IMG/VR virus record: IMGVR_UViG_3300008085_000025
Coordinates: 1-46,838 of that record
Length of the DNA: 46,838 nt
Strand: one strand, 5' to 3'
DNA from: a virus
Taxonomy: Duplodnaviria; Heunggongvirae; Uroviricota; Caudoviricetes
The first letter of the stretch is position 1; every line of letters begins with the position of its first letter. A program made the position numbers and the translations under genes. Positions 35,818-45,377 of the stretch are shown in pieces. The notes beneath the pieces are model-generated. The model had not been told where the DNA came from. It did no database searches and was given only the letters and a program-made list of their open reading frames with translations.

Positions 35818-36316
35818 AAGCTTAAAAGATGTTATTTTGGAGCGCGACCGTGTATACGCTGATAGTGTTAGAAAAATCTCTCTACTTTTTGTAGAGAGAT
35901 TGTTTTCTGCAATCGAAGTTGTATTGTTTAATGGGCATGATGTTGATATGATCATGGGAGATATCAACATAGTACCACAAAATTTAAACTATGTCACCCT
36001 AGTGATGCTCGTGACAATCAACACAAACACACAGGAACAAAAGAAAACGCGGGTAGCCAACACGCTAGCATTTCCCATCCCTATTGACATTCTAGAAAAA
36101 GGAACAGTAACTGATATTATTGAGTATCTAGAAGCTCTTAAAAATGATGTAGAGGCAACGAGTAAGCCCGTACCATCTGAAATGAAAGAAGTGGGGGTAC
36201 GCCAAAAAATTGTTGATAGGGTCAATTATAGGGATATAGACGGAGAAGAACTTCAGTTGGACGACATACAAAAAGAGTTAATAAAATTCACACAAGTTAC
36301 CGAAATAAAACATTGA
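35810..36316 (+). CDS. Hypothetical protein
   Basis: 168-aa ORF overlapping the uvsX end. Confidence 0.7.
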   Translation: MTKSLKDVILERDRVYADSVRKISLLFVERLFSAIEVVLFNGHDVDMIMGDINIVPQNLNYVTLVMLVTINTNTQEQKKTRVANTLAFPIPIDILEKGTVTDIIEYLEALKNDVEATSKPVPSEMKEVGVRQKIVDRVNYRDIDGEELQLDDIQKELIKFTQVTEIKH

Positions 36317-36323
36317 GATTATT

Positions 36324-36794
36324 ATGCAGAAGAAACAGATAGTATTAACAGCCAAAGAAGCTGAAAATTTTTTGAGTTTATTGGATGAATATGAAGACCG
36401 TCTTTCTGGGTGGAAAAAAAATGTTTCTTTGGACAATAAAAACATTCAGATGGTTAATATAGAACAAGTCGCTTGGATAGCCTACTATGACGAAATCAAG
36501 GTGGAATTGAAACATTATCTTGATGATCTAGATCGAAGATTGAAAAGACAGAAGGCTATAGCTATTAAAGTAATATATGATACCATGCAAAAGTCTATCA
36601 CTGATCGAATGGTAGACAAATTAGCAGAAGAGAATAAAGATTACGAAAACATATATGCGCTATACTTAGAATTTAAAAATTTGTATGAACGAGCAGACAT
36701 GATTGTAAATGCTTTTCAACAAAGGGCGTATGCGATAAACAACATCGTAAAAATTCGAGAAAAAGAACTTCAGGGTATTACACTTCATATATGA
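36324..36794 (+). CDS. uvsY: Recombination mediator (UvsY-like)
   Basis: All-helical 156 aa ending FQQRAYAINNIVKIR; located between uvsX and uvsW. Confidence 0.7.
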   Translation: MQKKQIVLTAKEAENFLSLLDEYEDRLSGWKKNVSLDNKNIQMVNIEQVAWIAYYDEIKVELKHYLDDLDRRLKRQKAIAIKVIYDTMQKSITDRMVDKLAEENKDYENIYALYLEFKNLYERADMIVNAFQQRAYAINNIVKIREKELQGITLHI

Positions 36795-38371
36795 GTAAGA
36801 AAATAGCAACCGTCCGTCTTATAAATGAGGTTCAAGCCGCAATCAACGGAGTATCACCCCGTGAGTGTAAGGAACTGAGTGACGAGTTTTCGTTTTTTGC
36901 GAACAATTATTTCTTTAATCCTGAGTTTCAACTAGAACGTTGGGACGGAAAGACCAAATTTTTTACACCCGGTGGTGTTACTTATATTGAAATGCTCCCA
37001 GATGTTCTATTTGAACTTAAGGACATGGGGTATTCGATAAAGCTTAAGGACGAAAGAAAACCTTTTGATCTTGTTGTAGAAAAAATAGGAAAAGATTATT
37101 TTAGCGAGTATGGTTGGACCATTGCTGACCATCAATTGAAAGCAATTAATGCAGTAACTGAAAATAACCACAAAGGGATAATAAAGGTGGGGACCGGTGG
37201 TGGGAAAACTCTTATTACTGCGGTACTGGCCGATTTGTATAGGAATAAAGGTAAAAGAATTATCATAATTGTACCAAACAAAGACTTGATTGAACAAACA
37301 AAAGAAGAAATTGAACAATTTGGTATAGAGGTAGGCGCTTATTACCAGAAGGAAAAGAATCTGGGGCCAGCGATTGTTGTTTCTACATGGCAGTCTTTAG
37401 GAAGAAATCCACGCATATTGCACGACTTTGACGGTTTCATGGTTGATGAAGCCCATGGTATAAAAGCTAATGTTTTACAGAATCTTCTTTGTGGTGACAC
37501 TGGAAAAAACATGCCAATACGAATAGGTCTTACTGGAACATTACCAGATCACGATACGGACAAATTGACCGTTTTTTGTGCGTTGGGGCAAGTTGTTTCG
37601 GAGGTTCGTTCAGAGCAATTGATTTCAGAAGGATGGCTGGCTAAACTAAATTTGACAATGTTGGGGTTCAAGGAAGATTTCAAGGAAGAGTATGAACAGT
37701 TTAAAAATCAGTTCAAAGATGATCCAAAATTGAAAGATGTTGCGTATGCGGAGTTTAAGAGAAAATATCTTTTCCCGGAATACCAGAACGAAAAAAGTTA
37801 CCTCATACACAACTCGGATCGTATGGAAACTTTGGCATTGATGATTCAAAAGACAACAGAAAAGTATGGCAATTCTTTTGTCTTAGTTAATTCTGTAGAT
37901 TTTGGTAAAAAACTCTCAAAATTGATTGGTGATAATGCTATATTTATCAGTTCTTCTATTAAAGACAGAAAGCCCATTTACAAAAGTTTCGACGAGAGTA
38001 ATGGAATAGTCGGTATTGCTACTTTCAATCTCGCTAGTACCGGATTGAATATCCCTAGACTTTTTAACGTGTTTGTTGTTGACGGAGGAAAATCGTCGGT
38101 TCGGGTTGTACAGACTATTGGTCGTGGTCTAAGAAAAGCGGTAGACAAAGACCAAGTTAATGTAATTGACGTTTATTCGTCTGTGGTATTTTCTACAAAA
38201 CACGCCGCAAAACGAAAAAAGATTTATAAAGAAGAGAAATACGCGTTCACGGAATTGAAATCCTTGAAATACGAAGAGAAAACGGACAGAGAAAAGACTG
38301 TACAAAATCTTCTCAAGACTATAAAATCTTTAAGATATGATTCAAAATTGGAAAACGAGGTGTTTGATTAA
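36791..38371 (+). CDS. uvsW: SF2 DNA helicase (UvsW-like)
   Basis: WDGK, GTGGGKT, VDEAH, GLTGT, STGLNIP, QTIGRGLRK. Confidence 0.93.
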   Translation: MSKKIATVRLINEVQAAINGVSPRECKELSDEFSFFANNYFFNPEFQLERWDGKTKFFTPGGVTYIEMLPDVLFELKDMGYSIKLKDERKPFDLVVEKIGKDYFSEYGWTIADHQLKAINAVTENNHKGIIKVGTGGGKTLITAVLADLYRNKGKRIIIIVPNKDLIEQTKEEIEQFGIEVGAYYQKEKNLGPAIVVSTWQSLGRNPRILHDFDGFMVDEAHGIKANVLQNLLCGDTGKNMPIRIGLTGTLPDHDTDKLTVFCALGQVVSEVRSEQLISEGWLAKLNLTMLGFKEDFKEEYEQFKNQFKDDPKLKDVAYAEFKRKYLFPEYQNEKSYLIHNSDRMETLALMIQKTTEKYGNSFVLVNSVDFGKKLSKLIGDNAIFISSSIKDRKPIYKSFDESNGIVGIATFNLASTGLNIPRLFNVFVVDGGKSSVRVVQTIGRGLRKAVDKDQVNVIDVYSSVVFSTKHAAKRKKIYKEEKYAFTELKSLKYEEKTDREKTVQNLLKTIKSLRYDSKLENEVFD

Positions 38372-38862
38372 TGGTGTTTTTGGATGAGAACAATGTCCCA
38401 ATATTTCTAGAAAGCATTGATGTCCCGACTGTTTCTGAATATTTCTGGAGCCTTTCTCTCAAAGAGAAGGATTTTATGTTAAATGAAATAATAACACTTG
38501 AGGAAATGGAAGTGTCTGCTCTGATGCTGGCTATTATGGGATATGTCATTAAAATTCCAACATCATGGAACATGTTAATCTATTCTCAGGAGACTTTTCA
38601 GATAGATGTAATAGAAGTACATGAGTTGACCAAGGGGAATTTCAGTGCGGTCGTATACGACCATCAGAAAGATTATGTCGTTCCCGGTGTGGGCTTGGTA
38701 AAGGTGTTGGATTACATCCCAAATAGCAAGATAATGACACCCACTTTGCACAAATCTACAATGCTTTGTCATCCGATAGGACCGAGACATTGGGTGTGTG
38801 TTTCACCAACAGATAACTACAATAAATATTTGAAAGGCGCAGTCATAGGAGATTTGTACTAA
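38371..38862 (+). CDS. Hypothetical protein
   Basis: 163-aa ORF, TAATG-coupled to uvsW. Confidence 0.75.
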   Translation: MVFLDENNVPIFLESIDVPTVSEYFWSLSLKEKDFMLNEIITLEEMEVSALMLAIMGYVIKIPTSWNMLIYSQETFQIDVIEVHELTKGNFSAVVYDHQKDYVVPGVGLVKVLDYIPNSKIMTPTLHKSTMLCHPIGPRHWVCVSPTDNYNKYLKGAVIGDLY

Positions 38863-39368
38863 TGTCAACACCAAAAGGAAAAAAATTTACCGTTTCAGAA
38901 TTTCAAACATGGCTTGATGGTATCATGGAATTTCAAGAATCGGGGTGGTCTCCTTCAGCAGAACAATGGAAAGCCATTTACCAAAAGATACAGAATTTAA
39001 AAGAGCCGCCCCAAAGTCCTAGGACTGTAAAAGTTGATGCGTCTTCAATCAGCGAGATAGTAGATGGAATTGCACAGACCATACCAGATATCGGGCACGT
39101 TGATTTTGAGCTTATGACAAATGTACTGAATGCTATATTCAGTCAGATACGACAAGGTGCAAACTTTGGACAGATGCCACACTCAACACCAACAAACACG
39201 GGTGGTAGTGGTCAGAACATGCCCTTACAAAGACCTCCGCCTGTTCAAGGAGACGATTTGGCTAACATACCCTTGAGCAAACTGAGAGAGCAGCAGGTCC
39301 AGTTGACCGGAAAGCCACAAGGGAACTCCAATCTTGTTGTAGATGATGTAAAAGACGAATTCGTTTAA
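38862..39368 (+). CDS. Hypothetical protein
   Basis: 168 aa, TAATG-coupled; N-terminal F..WLDGI...W.P...QW..I. Confidence 0.75.
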   Translation: MSTPKGKKFTVSEFQTWLDGIMEFQESGWSPSAEQWKAIYQKIQNLKEPPQSPRTVKVDASSISEIVDGIAQTIPDIGHVDFELMTNVLNAIFSQIRQGANFGQMPHSTPTNTGGSGQNMPLQRPPPVQGDDLANIPLSKLREQQVQLTGKPQGNSNLVVDDVKDEFV

Positions 39369-39372
39369 AACA

Positions 39373-39948
39373 ATGTCAGTATATTATGAAAAGCTTGCAA
39401 ACCGAGATTTGTGGGTTGATGGACAATCCAGCTTGTCGGTTGATGCCATTTGCGACAAAATTTTTTGTGGCGAAAATCTAAGAGATATTCTTTCTAATAA
39501 TATAATCAGCGGTAGAGACAAGAGAGAAGTAGATAAGTTTCTCAAACTCGTACCTGAGTTCAAGGGTTCGAAAGTTTGTTACAAGGAAAAAACCCATGTG
39601 GCTGGGTTCGATACTTCTTTTGACATTGACGAGAAATACAAAAACCTAGGCATTGAAAAAATTTTGGTCAAAAAGATCAAGACCGAGATACACAAAAAGC
39701 AACTAAACGACGAAGAGGTACTTCTAAGAATAGAGAGGATACAACACGAGTTGGAATTATATAAGAATCATGGTTTGACTGATGTACTCTCGGCCTGTCT
39801 TTATATCGTCGATACCTTTAGAAACAACAACATCGTTTGGGGTCCGGGTCGTGGGAGTGCTTGCTGTTCTTATGTTCTTTACTTGATTGGAATTCACAAT
39901 ATAGATAGTGTAGCCTTCGATTTGCAAATGGACGAATTCCTAAGATGA
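39373..39948 (+). CDS. dnaE: DNA polymerase III alpha (DnaE)-like fragment
   Basis: RI.HEL..Y...G...IVD.F....I.WGPGRGSA..S.V.YLIGI..ID.....L..DEFL matches the DnaE segment just before the catalytic aspartates. Confidence 0.8.
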   Translation: MSVYYEKLANRDLWVDGQSSLSVDAICDKIFCGENLRDILSNNIISGRDKREVDKFLKLVPEFKGSKVCYKEKTHVAGFDTSFDIDEKYKNLGIEKILVKKIKTEIHKKQLNDEEVLLRIERIQHELELYKNHGLTDVLSACLYIVDTFRNNNIVWGPGRGSACCSYVLYLIGIHNIDSVAFDLQMDEFLR

Positions 39949-39949
39949 T

Positions 39950-39957
39950 TATAAATA
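39950..39957 (+). promoter_or_regulatory. Late promoter TATAAATA
   Basis: Upstream of 39989 and groES. Confidence 0.8.
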
Positions 39958-39988
39958 ACAACACGTATGATATCAAAGGAGTCACATA

Positions 39989-40267
39989 ATGGCTAGAAAA
40001 GTGAAGAGTTTAAAGGGAGAAGAGATAGATTTTGATCTATTGAAAACAAAACAGGAATTGGGTCAAAAGGAAACGGTTCTCGAAGTTCGCGATAGAGAAG
40101 ATTTTGTTCACACCAAGAGACGTACTAGGGGCCGCGCGGCGCTTATTCAACGTTTGAATAAAAATAAGAAAACACGAGAGTCAAGGTCTAACGAGGAAAC
40201 GTCCAAAGTAGGTCGTGAGTCCGAGACTACTACAACTAAGAAAAGAAAGATCGTCAAGAAAAACTAA
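39989..40267 (+). CDS. Small basic hypothetical late protein
   Basis: GGAG SD, TATAAATA at 39950; Lys/Arg-rich. Confidence 0.7.
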   Translation: MARKVKSLKGEEIDFDLLKTKQELGQKETVLEVRDREDFVHTKRRTRGRAALIQRLNKNKKTRESRSNEETSKVGRESETTTTKKRKIVKKN

Positions 40268-40275
40268 GGAAAATT

Positions 40276-40611
40276 ATGAAAGTATCACTTTTTGAAGATA
40301 AAATAGCATTTAGGTTTGAGGAAGAGATTACAAATCACGGATTTATAAATAAAACAGAGTCGGGTTTGTATATACAAGAAGTACATTCCGAACAAATCAA
40401 ACGTCCTCGTTGGGGGGTGGTGTTACAAACCGGTCCTGATTGTACAGAAGTTTCCGAAGGTGATGTCATATTGATTGAAAACTCTATGTGGACTAATGGA
40501 ATTGATTTTGAAGAAACCGAAAGTAGTCAGTTTTGGGTAACACGAGAGCGCAATGTCATTGCAGTTAGAGACCGGAACCCCATAAATACCAAACAGAACA
40601 TAACCGTTTAA
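40276..40611 (+). CDS. groES: GroES/Cpn10-like co-chaperonin
   Basis: TESGLYI, RWGVVLQTGPD, EVSEGDVILI, ERNVIAV. Confidence 0.8.
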   Translation: MKVSLFEDKIAFRFEEEITNHGFINKTESGLYIQEVHSEQIKRPRWGVVLQTGPDCTEVSEGDVILIENSMWTNGIDFEETESSQFWVTRERNVIAVRDRNPINTKQNITV

Positions 40612-40617
40612 CAACTT

Positions 40618-41553
40618 ATGCCATTCTTAATAATGATAACGCTAGGCACTCTTCTTATCGCCAGTGCCGCAATATTTTTTAGTGTTTTGGGGCTTGTCCA
40701 GACGTTTTCCGAAACTGCACTCTATTGGGGTACAGCCATAGAAATAGCCAAATTGGTGCTTGCTTCTTTTGTTTATCGCTATTGGGATAAAATGGAAACT
40801 TTGTCAAAAATGTTGGGAGTTTTCTTTGTTGGATTGTTGATGGTGATAACTTCTCTTGGAATATCGGGGCATATTCTTTCTTCTATGCAGCAGGGTGATT
40901 TGGAATTAACAGCCCAGCAAATACAAACTGAAACCGCTAACAGCCGTATTTCTAGAATACAAGAGAGAATAGATTTCGTAGATCAAAGGATCGAGCAGGG
41001 GCGGTCTAGATTAGAAGCAATTGACGAAGAAATAGCTCTAGTTCCCAATAATTTTGTTACTGCTAGACGACAACTTATTCAAGAACGTCAACCCGAAAAA
41101 GATCAAATTCAAAAAACCATAACCGGGCTTTTCGACGAACGAGATGCGTTGTTCTTACAGATTGAACAGGCTGAGTCGGAGAGAGGAGAATTGTATTTAG
41201 AAACTAAACAGATAGAAGTTAAAGTCGGTCCCATAGTAAAAGTGGTAGAAACTTTTGGGGCAGATGCCGCCAAAGCAATATACATTTTCATTCTTATTAT
41301 TGTTTTAAGTTTTGACCCGGTTGCAGTATATTTGACGGTTGCAGCGAATCGTGTTGCAATTGATATTCGTATGAAAAAAGAACAGAAAGACACCATGGAC
41401 GAATCACCCAGAACAGGGTCTAAAATGATTTCCGGTAAGCACATCAAAGATGACGGCAAATTGGATAACATAGTCGAAACTATGAGCTACATCAAGGATC
41501 GACTAAAAAAAGAAGATGAAAAAAAACAGCAGTTCAGAGACTCTTTGTCTTGA
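40618..41553 (+). CDS. Membrane protein: about 3 N-terminal TMs, coiled coil, C-terminal TM
   Basis: Hydrophobic aa 1-95 (EIAKLV...YRYW), heptad-rich middle, FILIIVLSFDPVAVYL. Confidence 0.7.
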   Translation: MPFLIMITLGTLLIASAAIFFSVLGLVQTFSETALYWGTAIEIAKLVLASFVYRYWDKMETLSKMLGVFFVGLLMVITSLGISGHILSSMQQGDLELTAQQIQTETANSRISRIQERIDFVDQRIEQGRSRLEAIDEEIALVPNNFVTARRQLIQERQPEKDQIQKTITGLFDERDALFLQIEQAESERGELYLETKQIEVKVGPIVKVVETFGADAAKAIYIFILIIVLSFDPVAVYLTVAANRVAIDIRMKKEQKDTMDESPRTGSKMISGKHIKDDGKLDNIVETMSYIKDRLKKEDEKKQQFRDSLS

Positions 41554-41578
41554 TGTATAGACTCTAAGCTTATATAAT
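41550..41578 (+). promoter_or_regulatory. Probable sigma70 promoter TTGATG-N17-TATAAT
   Basis: 17-nt spacing, upstream of the clamp loader gene. Confidence 0.65.
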
Positions 41579-41606
41579 TGTCTCCACTTGTATTAGGAGA
41601 CAATAT

Positions 41607-42551
41607 ATGCCGAAACAACTCTGGTGGCAAAAACACCGACCGTCCACCGTAGACAATTTCATATTTCAGAGTGACGAACAAGAACGCTTTATTCGTAAAT
41701 GCGTGGAAGAAAAAAGCATCCCGCACCTTCTGTTGCATGGACCCAAGGGCTCCGGAAAAACCACTTTGGCGCAGATCATAATCAACGCTCTCGTGGAACC
41801 AGAAAACATTTCATCTGACGTTTTAAAAATCAACGGTTCTAAAGACGGTAAGATAGATAATATCAGAAAACAATTGATAAATCATGTCACGAGAGTCCCT
41901 ATGGGAGACGTTCAGCTTGTTTTTGTGGATGAAGCCGACGGTCTGTCATCTTCGGCACAAGATTCTCTCAGGGGCATTCTAGAGGAATATGACGCAGATG
42001 CTAGGGTGATATTCACTTGCAACTATGTACAACGGTTGACCCCAGAGCTTCGTTCTAGGTTTACTCAGATGAAGTTTACCCCGCCCGATAAAGACGAAAT
42101 AGTTCCCTATTGTGTCGATATACTAGATGTCGAGGGAATAGATCCTAGTAAAAAGGAAAATTTAAAAGCTTTCAAGGAAATTATCGATGGCTATACCGGA
42201 GATCTTCGACAACTCGTCATAACACTAGAAAACTCTGCATATGGTGATTCTCTTAATGTTTCATCCATAGAAGACGGGAATATGGACATTAAGTTATCAA
42301 TTTTCGATAGCGTTGCGGAAGATAATTGGATACAAGCGAGAAGAATAGCAGCAGAAAATTTCAGAGACGAAGAATTGATTGAGGTATATAGATTCTTGTA
42401 TGAATACTTAGAAGATATGGAGAAGTTTAAAGATCCAAAAGATTTTAAGAAAGGAATAATTATTATCTCTGACTACATGTACAGGCATGCTGTGCATCCA
42501 GATCAGGAAATTAATTTTGCTAGTTGTTTAGTCAAACTATCTGAGGTGTGA
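41607..42551 (+). CDS. gp44: Sliding-clamp loader AAA+ subunit (gp44/RFC-like)
   Basis: WWQKHRP, GPKGSGKTT, VDEADGL, IFTCNY, GDLR. Confidence 0.93.
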   Translation: MPKQLWWQKHRPSTVDNFIFQSDEQERFIRKCVEEKSIPHLLLHGPKGSGKTTLAQIIINALVEPENISSDVLKINGSKDGKIDNIRKQLINHVTRVPMGDVQLVFVDEADGLSSSAQDSLRGILEEYDADARVIFTCNYVQRLTPELRSRFTQMKFTPPDKDEIVPYCVDILDVEGIDPSKKENLKAFKEIIDGYTGDLRQLVITLENSAYGDSLNVSSIEDGNMDIKLSIFDSVAEDNWIQARRIAAENFRDEELIEVYRFLYEYLEDMEKFKDPKDFKKGIIIISDYMYRHAVHPDQEINFASCLVKLSEV

Positions 42552-42552
42552 C

Positions 42553-42864
42553 ATGCGGTTGACAGAAGAGCAGGTAAAGAAAGAACTCAATGATGTTTCC
42601 CGTTTTCCCGAGAATGCGGATAAACTGTCATGGAGAAGAAAGATGGAGAAAATGGAGGGTTTTTTGAAAGAACTTGAGCCCATAGAAGAAGAAATATTCA
42701 ACCTATATGAAAAGAAAATTCCTATCACGGACAAGATAGCCAAACTTAGAAAAATTATGGTTGATGAATGTATTCATCCAAAGGATCATCTCGTACATAA
42801 AGGCACTCATATCGAATGCAAGTTTTGCAATAAGATCATCAAACCGGTGAGGAAAAATGATTGA
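42553..42864 (+). CDS. Hypothetical protein, coiled coil plus C/H metal-binding motif
   Basis: ECIHP...ECKFC. Confidence 0.7.
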   Translation: MRLTEEQVKKELNDVSRFPENADKLSWRRKMEKMEGFLKELEPIEEEIFNLYEKKIPITDKIAKLRKIMVDECIHPKDHLVHKGTHIECKFCNKIIKPVRKND

Positions 42865-43285
42865 TATTTTTGATCAACTGGACAAGATAGACAACTTTGA
42901 TCTAGCTGCCATCAAAAACGAAGAGTTTCTCAAAGACTTCAATCCCTTCATGGTCAACAAATGGATGGCTGCTACACCCAACCCCAGACGAGTATTGTTG
43001 GTTAATGAAATACTTAATTCTATGATATTTCAATTGCACCGAGAGAAGAAGCTATTGTATTATTTGTCGTGTGCATCTTCGACTGGACCGGAACGCTATT
43101 CTTGGGTGAAGAGACCAAAAAATGTCCCTGACCCCATCACAGAGATCGTCTCACGGTATTATGATATCTCTTATAGAGAAGCTGAAATGTCTTTGAAACT
43201 CTTGGAAAGGGAAGATATATTGGAAATGGCCGAAGAATTAGGGTTGGACAATAAGGATTTGAAAAAGATAAAGAAACATTTATGA
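42857..43285 (+). CDS. gp62: Clamp loader small subunit (gp62-like)
   Basis: FNPFMVNKWM, LLYYL, RYSWVK, IVSRYYDIS..EA pattern; near gp44. Confidence 0.65.
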   Translation: MIDIFDQLDKIDNFDLAAIKNEEFLKDFNPFMVNKWMAATPNPRRVLLVNEILNSMIFQLHREKKLLYYLSCASSTGPERYSWVKRPKNVPDPITEIVSRYYDISYREAEMSLKLLEREDILEMAEELGLDNKDLKKIKKHL

Positions 43286-43974
43286 TACCAAAATTTCATC
43301 AATGTGAATTTTGTTCTAAGACTTTTGCAAACGAGATCAACCTTTCTAAGCACCGTTGTGAGTTTATGGAAAGGTACGAGTATATCACCGAGAAGGGGTC
43401 AGGAGTTGTACTGTTTAAACTCTATAAGTTTTGGTTGAAGGATAAGAAAAGATCTGTAAAGTACGTTGACCATCAAACCTTTATACATTCCACACATTAC
43501 AAGCCTTTTGTTCGTTTCATGGAGTTCGCTAAGAAAAATAGTCTACCGAATAAAGAACTTTATATATCTTATTGCAATTCGAGAGACATTAGTCCCAAAT
43601 CATGGACAGATGCGAAGCTTTATGAAGAATTTATTGCATGGTATGACGAATTATATCCATATAATAAGCAACTTGAAATAAGCATTAAGACTATATTCCA
43701 GATATGCGAATGGTTGGAACTCGATGACCCTGCACAAATATTTGATGAATTGGACAGTAAGACTATTTTAGAACTACTGAGGCGTAGGAAAATATCTCCG
43801 TGGCTGTTTTTTAACAGCGCGGTTTTTATGGATTATTTAAAAACAAGGGCGTCCGCTGTCGAACGTGACCACATCCAATTAGTAACAAATCCCGTAAGAT
43901 GGAAAACTATATTCAAAGACAATCCAAAAAAGAGAAGAAATGCAATTAATCTGATAAAAGAAATTGGACTATAA
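43282..43974 (+). CDS. Hypothetical protein with N-terminal C2H2-like zinc finger
   Basis: CEFCSKTFANEINLSKHRC. Confidence 0.7.
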   Translation: MIPKFHQCEFCSKTFANEINLSKHRCEFMERYEYITEKGSGVVLFKLYKFWLKDKKRSVKYVDHQTFIHSTHYKPFVRFMEFAKKNSLPNKELYISYCNSRDISPKSWTDAKLYEEFIAWYDELYPYNKQLEISIKTIFQICEWLELDDPAQIFDELDSKTILELLRRRKISPWLFFNSAVFMDYLKTRASAVERDHIQLVTNPVRWKTIFKDNPKKRRNAINLIKEIGL

Positions 43975-43977
43975 ATA
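43970..43977 (+). promoter_or_regulatory. Late promoter TATAAATA
   Basis: Upstream of 44009. Confidence 0.8.
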
Positions 43978-44008
43978 AATAGGAATGACTTGAAAACTTT
44001 ATATCTAG

Positions 44009-45373
44009 ATGTCAATAAACTGTAGAGATGCCTCTTATACCATCCAGAAGGTAGATACAAATACCGAAGACATAACCGTAAACAGAGGTCAGATAGATCA
44101 GACCTCTCTAGACATCACGCTTCTCGGGAAAAGAAGAAGGGAATATGGAGAAATCTTCAATGAAAATCTACTGAGAATTCTGGAAAACTTTAGTTCTCCG
44201 GAAGATGGTTCCAATCCCGGAAATCCAGATCCTAATTTCACAAATGGCGGGGTTTTATCTAATCCCACTTCCGGACAGCTATGGCATAATTCGACAGATG
44301 ACAGAATTTACCATTTCACGGGATTTGAGTGGAAGATTTTGGGGGAGCTTGGGGACGTTGCCGGTAACTTTGGAACAATTATGAGCGGAGAACAATTACC
44401 CCGACCGGTGAGTGTGTTTACCGGATATGTGTTTCCGTATGAAGAATGTAGCTGGGTAGTAGCACCAGCTTATTATGATGATGAAATAGAATACATGGCA
44501 TGCTATACAGATGATCAGGCTAACGTCACATTTGAATACCGCCGAGTGGGTGAATCTTCCTTAGTTTCTGGTAGTGTTACATATCAGATAATTGGCATCC
44601 GGGATAACAACAGTTTGGGGGTTCAGGTGACACCCACACCGCCACCTTCGGTGTCTCCCACACCGAGTGCTTCGCTGACACCGACTCCGACTCCGACACA
44701 ATCAGTTTCGGCATCTGCGGTCGCAGCCACACCGACACCTACACCTACAGCATCTGTAACGGGAACGCCGGGGGCGTCACCACCGGCCACACCGACACCT
44801 ACACCTACAGCATCTGTAACGGGAACGCCGGGGGCGTCACCACCGGCCACACCGACGCCAACACCGACACCATCACCAACACCTTCGGTAACCTCAAGTC
44901 AAACGCCGACACCAACACCGACACCATCTTCTTCAACGGAAACTTTCGGGAACGTAGAAGCTGCAACATACACACACTTTGTTGTTGGGGGCGTCACGGC
45001 GGACGAACTGTCTATACGCTTCGTCCTGCAGCCCAACGGAGATATTGATCGTATTTCAACTATTGATGGTGTGGTGGGCGCTGCGGTTACAGTTGGAACT
45101 TGGGTGGTAGATCCAAGTGATCCGGGGTTTGTCCCCGGAGATTACACATACACAACTGTTGTCACAGGCCCAACAGGTATCGGTGTGTTTGAAGAACCAA
45201 CACCGGCTACGGGGGGTACCATAGATGCTTCAAAAGCGTGGGAGTTGTCTAGGTCTACCTCTGGTTCTGGTACTACTACCGGAACCGTAGCAGTAACTTT
45301 GACACCGGGAGGAGGTTCTTCTTCCTTTACAGGTGGAACTATAACTTTTGAATACACATTGGAAAAGACGTAA
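44009..45373 (+). CDS. Virion structural protein: conserved N-terminal module, Pro/Thr linker, beta-rich C-terminal domain
   Basis: [17 protein letters not shown]; (PT)n linker; TATAAATA at 43970. Confidence 0.7.
   Translation: MSINCRDASYTIQKVDTNTEDITVNRGQIDQTSLDITLLGKRRREYGEIFNENLLRILENFSSPEDGSNPGNPDPNFTNGGVLSNPTSGQLWHNSTDDRIYHFTGFEWKILGELGDVAGNFGTIMSGEQLPRPVSVFTGYVFPYEECSWVVAPAYYDDEIEYMACYTDDQANVTFEYRRVGESSLVSGSVTYQIIGIRDNNSLGVQVTPTPPPSVSPTPSASLTPTPTPTQSVSASAVAATPTPTPTASVTGTPGASPPATPTPTPTASVTGTPGASPPATPTPTPTPSPTPSVTSSQTPTPTPTPSSSTETFGNVEAATYTHFVVGGVTADELSIRFVLQPNGDIDRISTIDGVVGAAVTVGTWVVDPSDPGFVPGDYTYTTVVTGPTGIGVFEEPTPATGGTIDASKAWELSRSTSGSGTTTGTVAVTLTPGGGSSSFTGGTITFEYTLEKT
44726..44856 (+). 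repeat. Perfect 60-nt tandem repeat (about 2.2 copies; [20 protein letters not shown])
   Basis: 44726-44796 is identical to 44786-44856. Confidence 0.95.
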
Positions 45374-45377
45374 AAAT

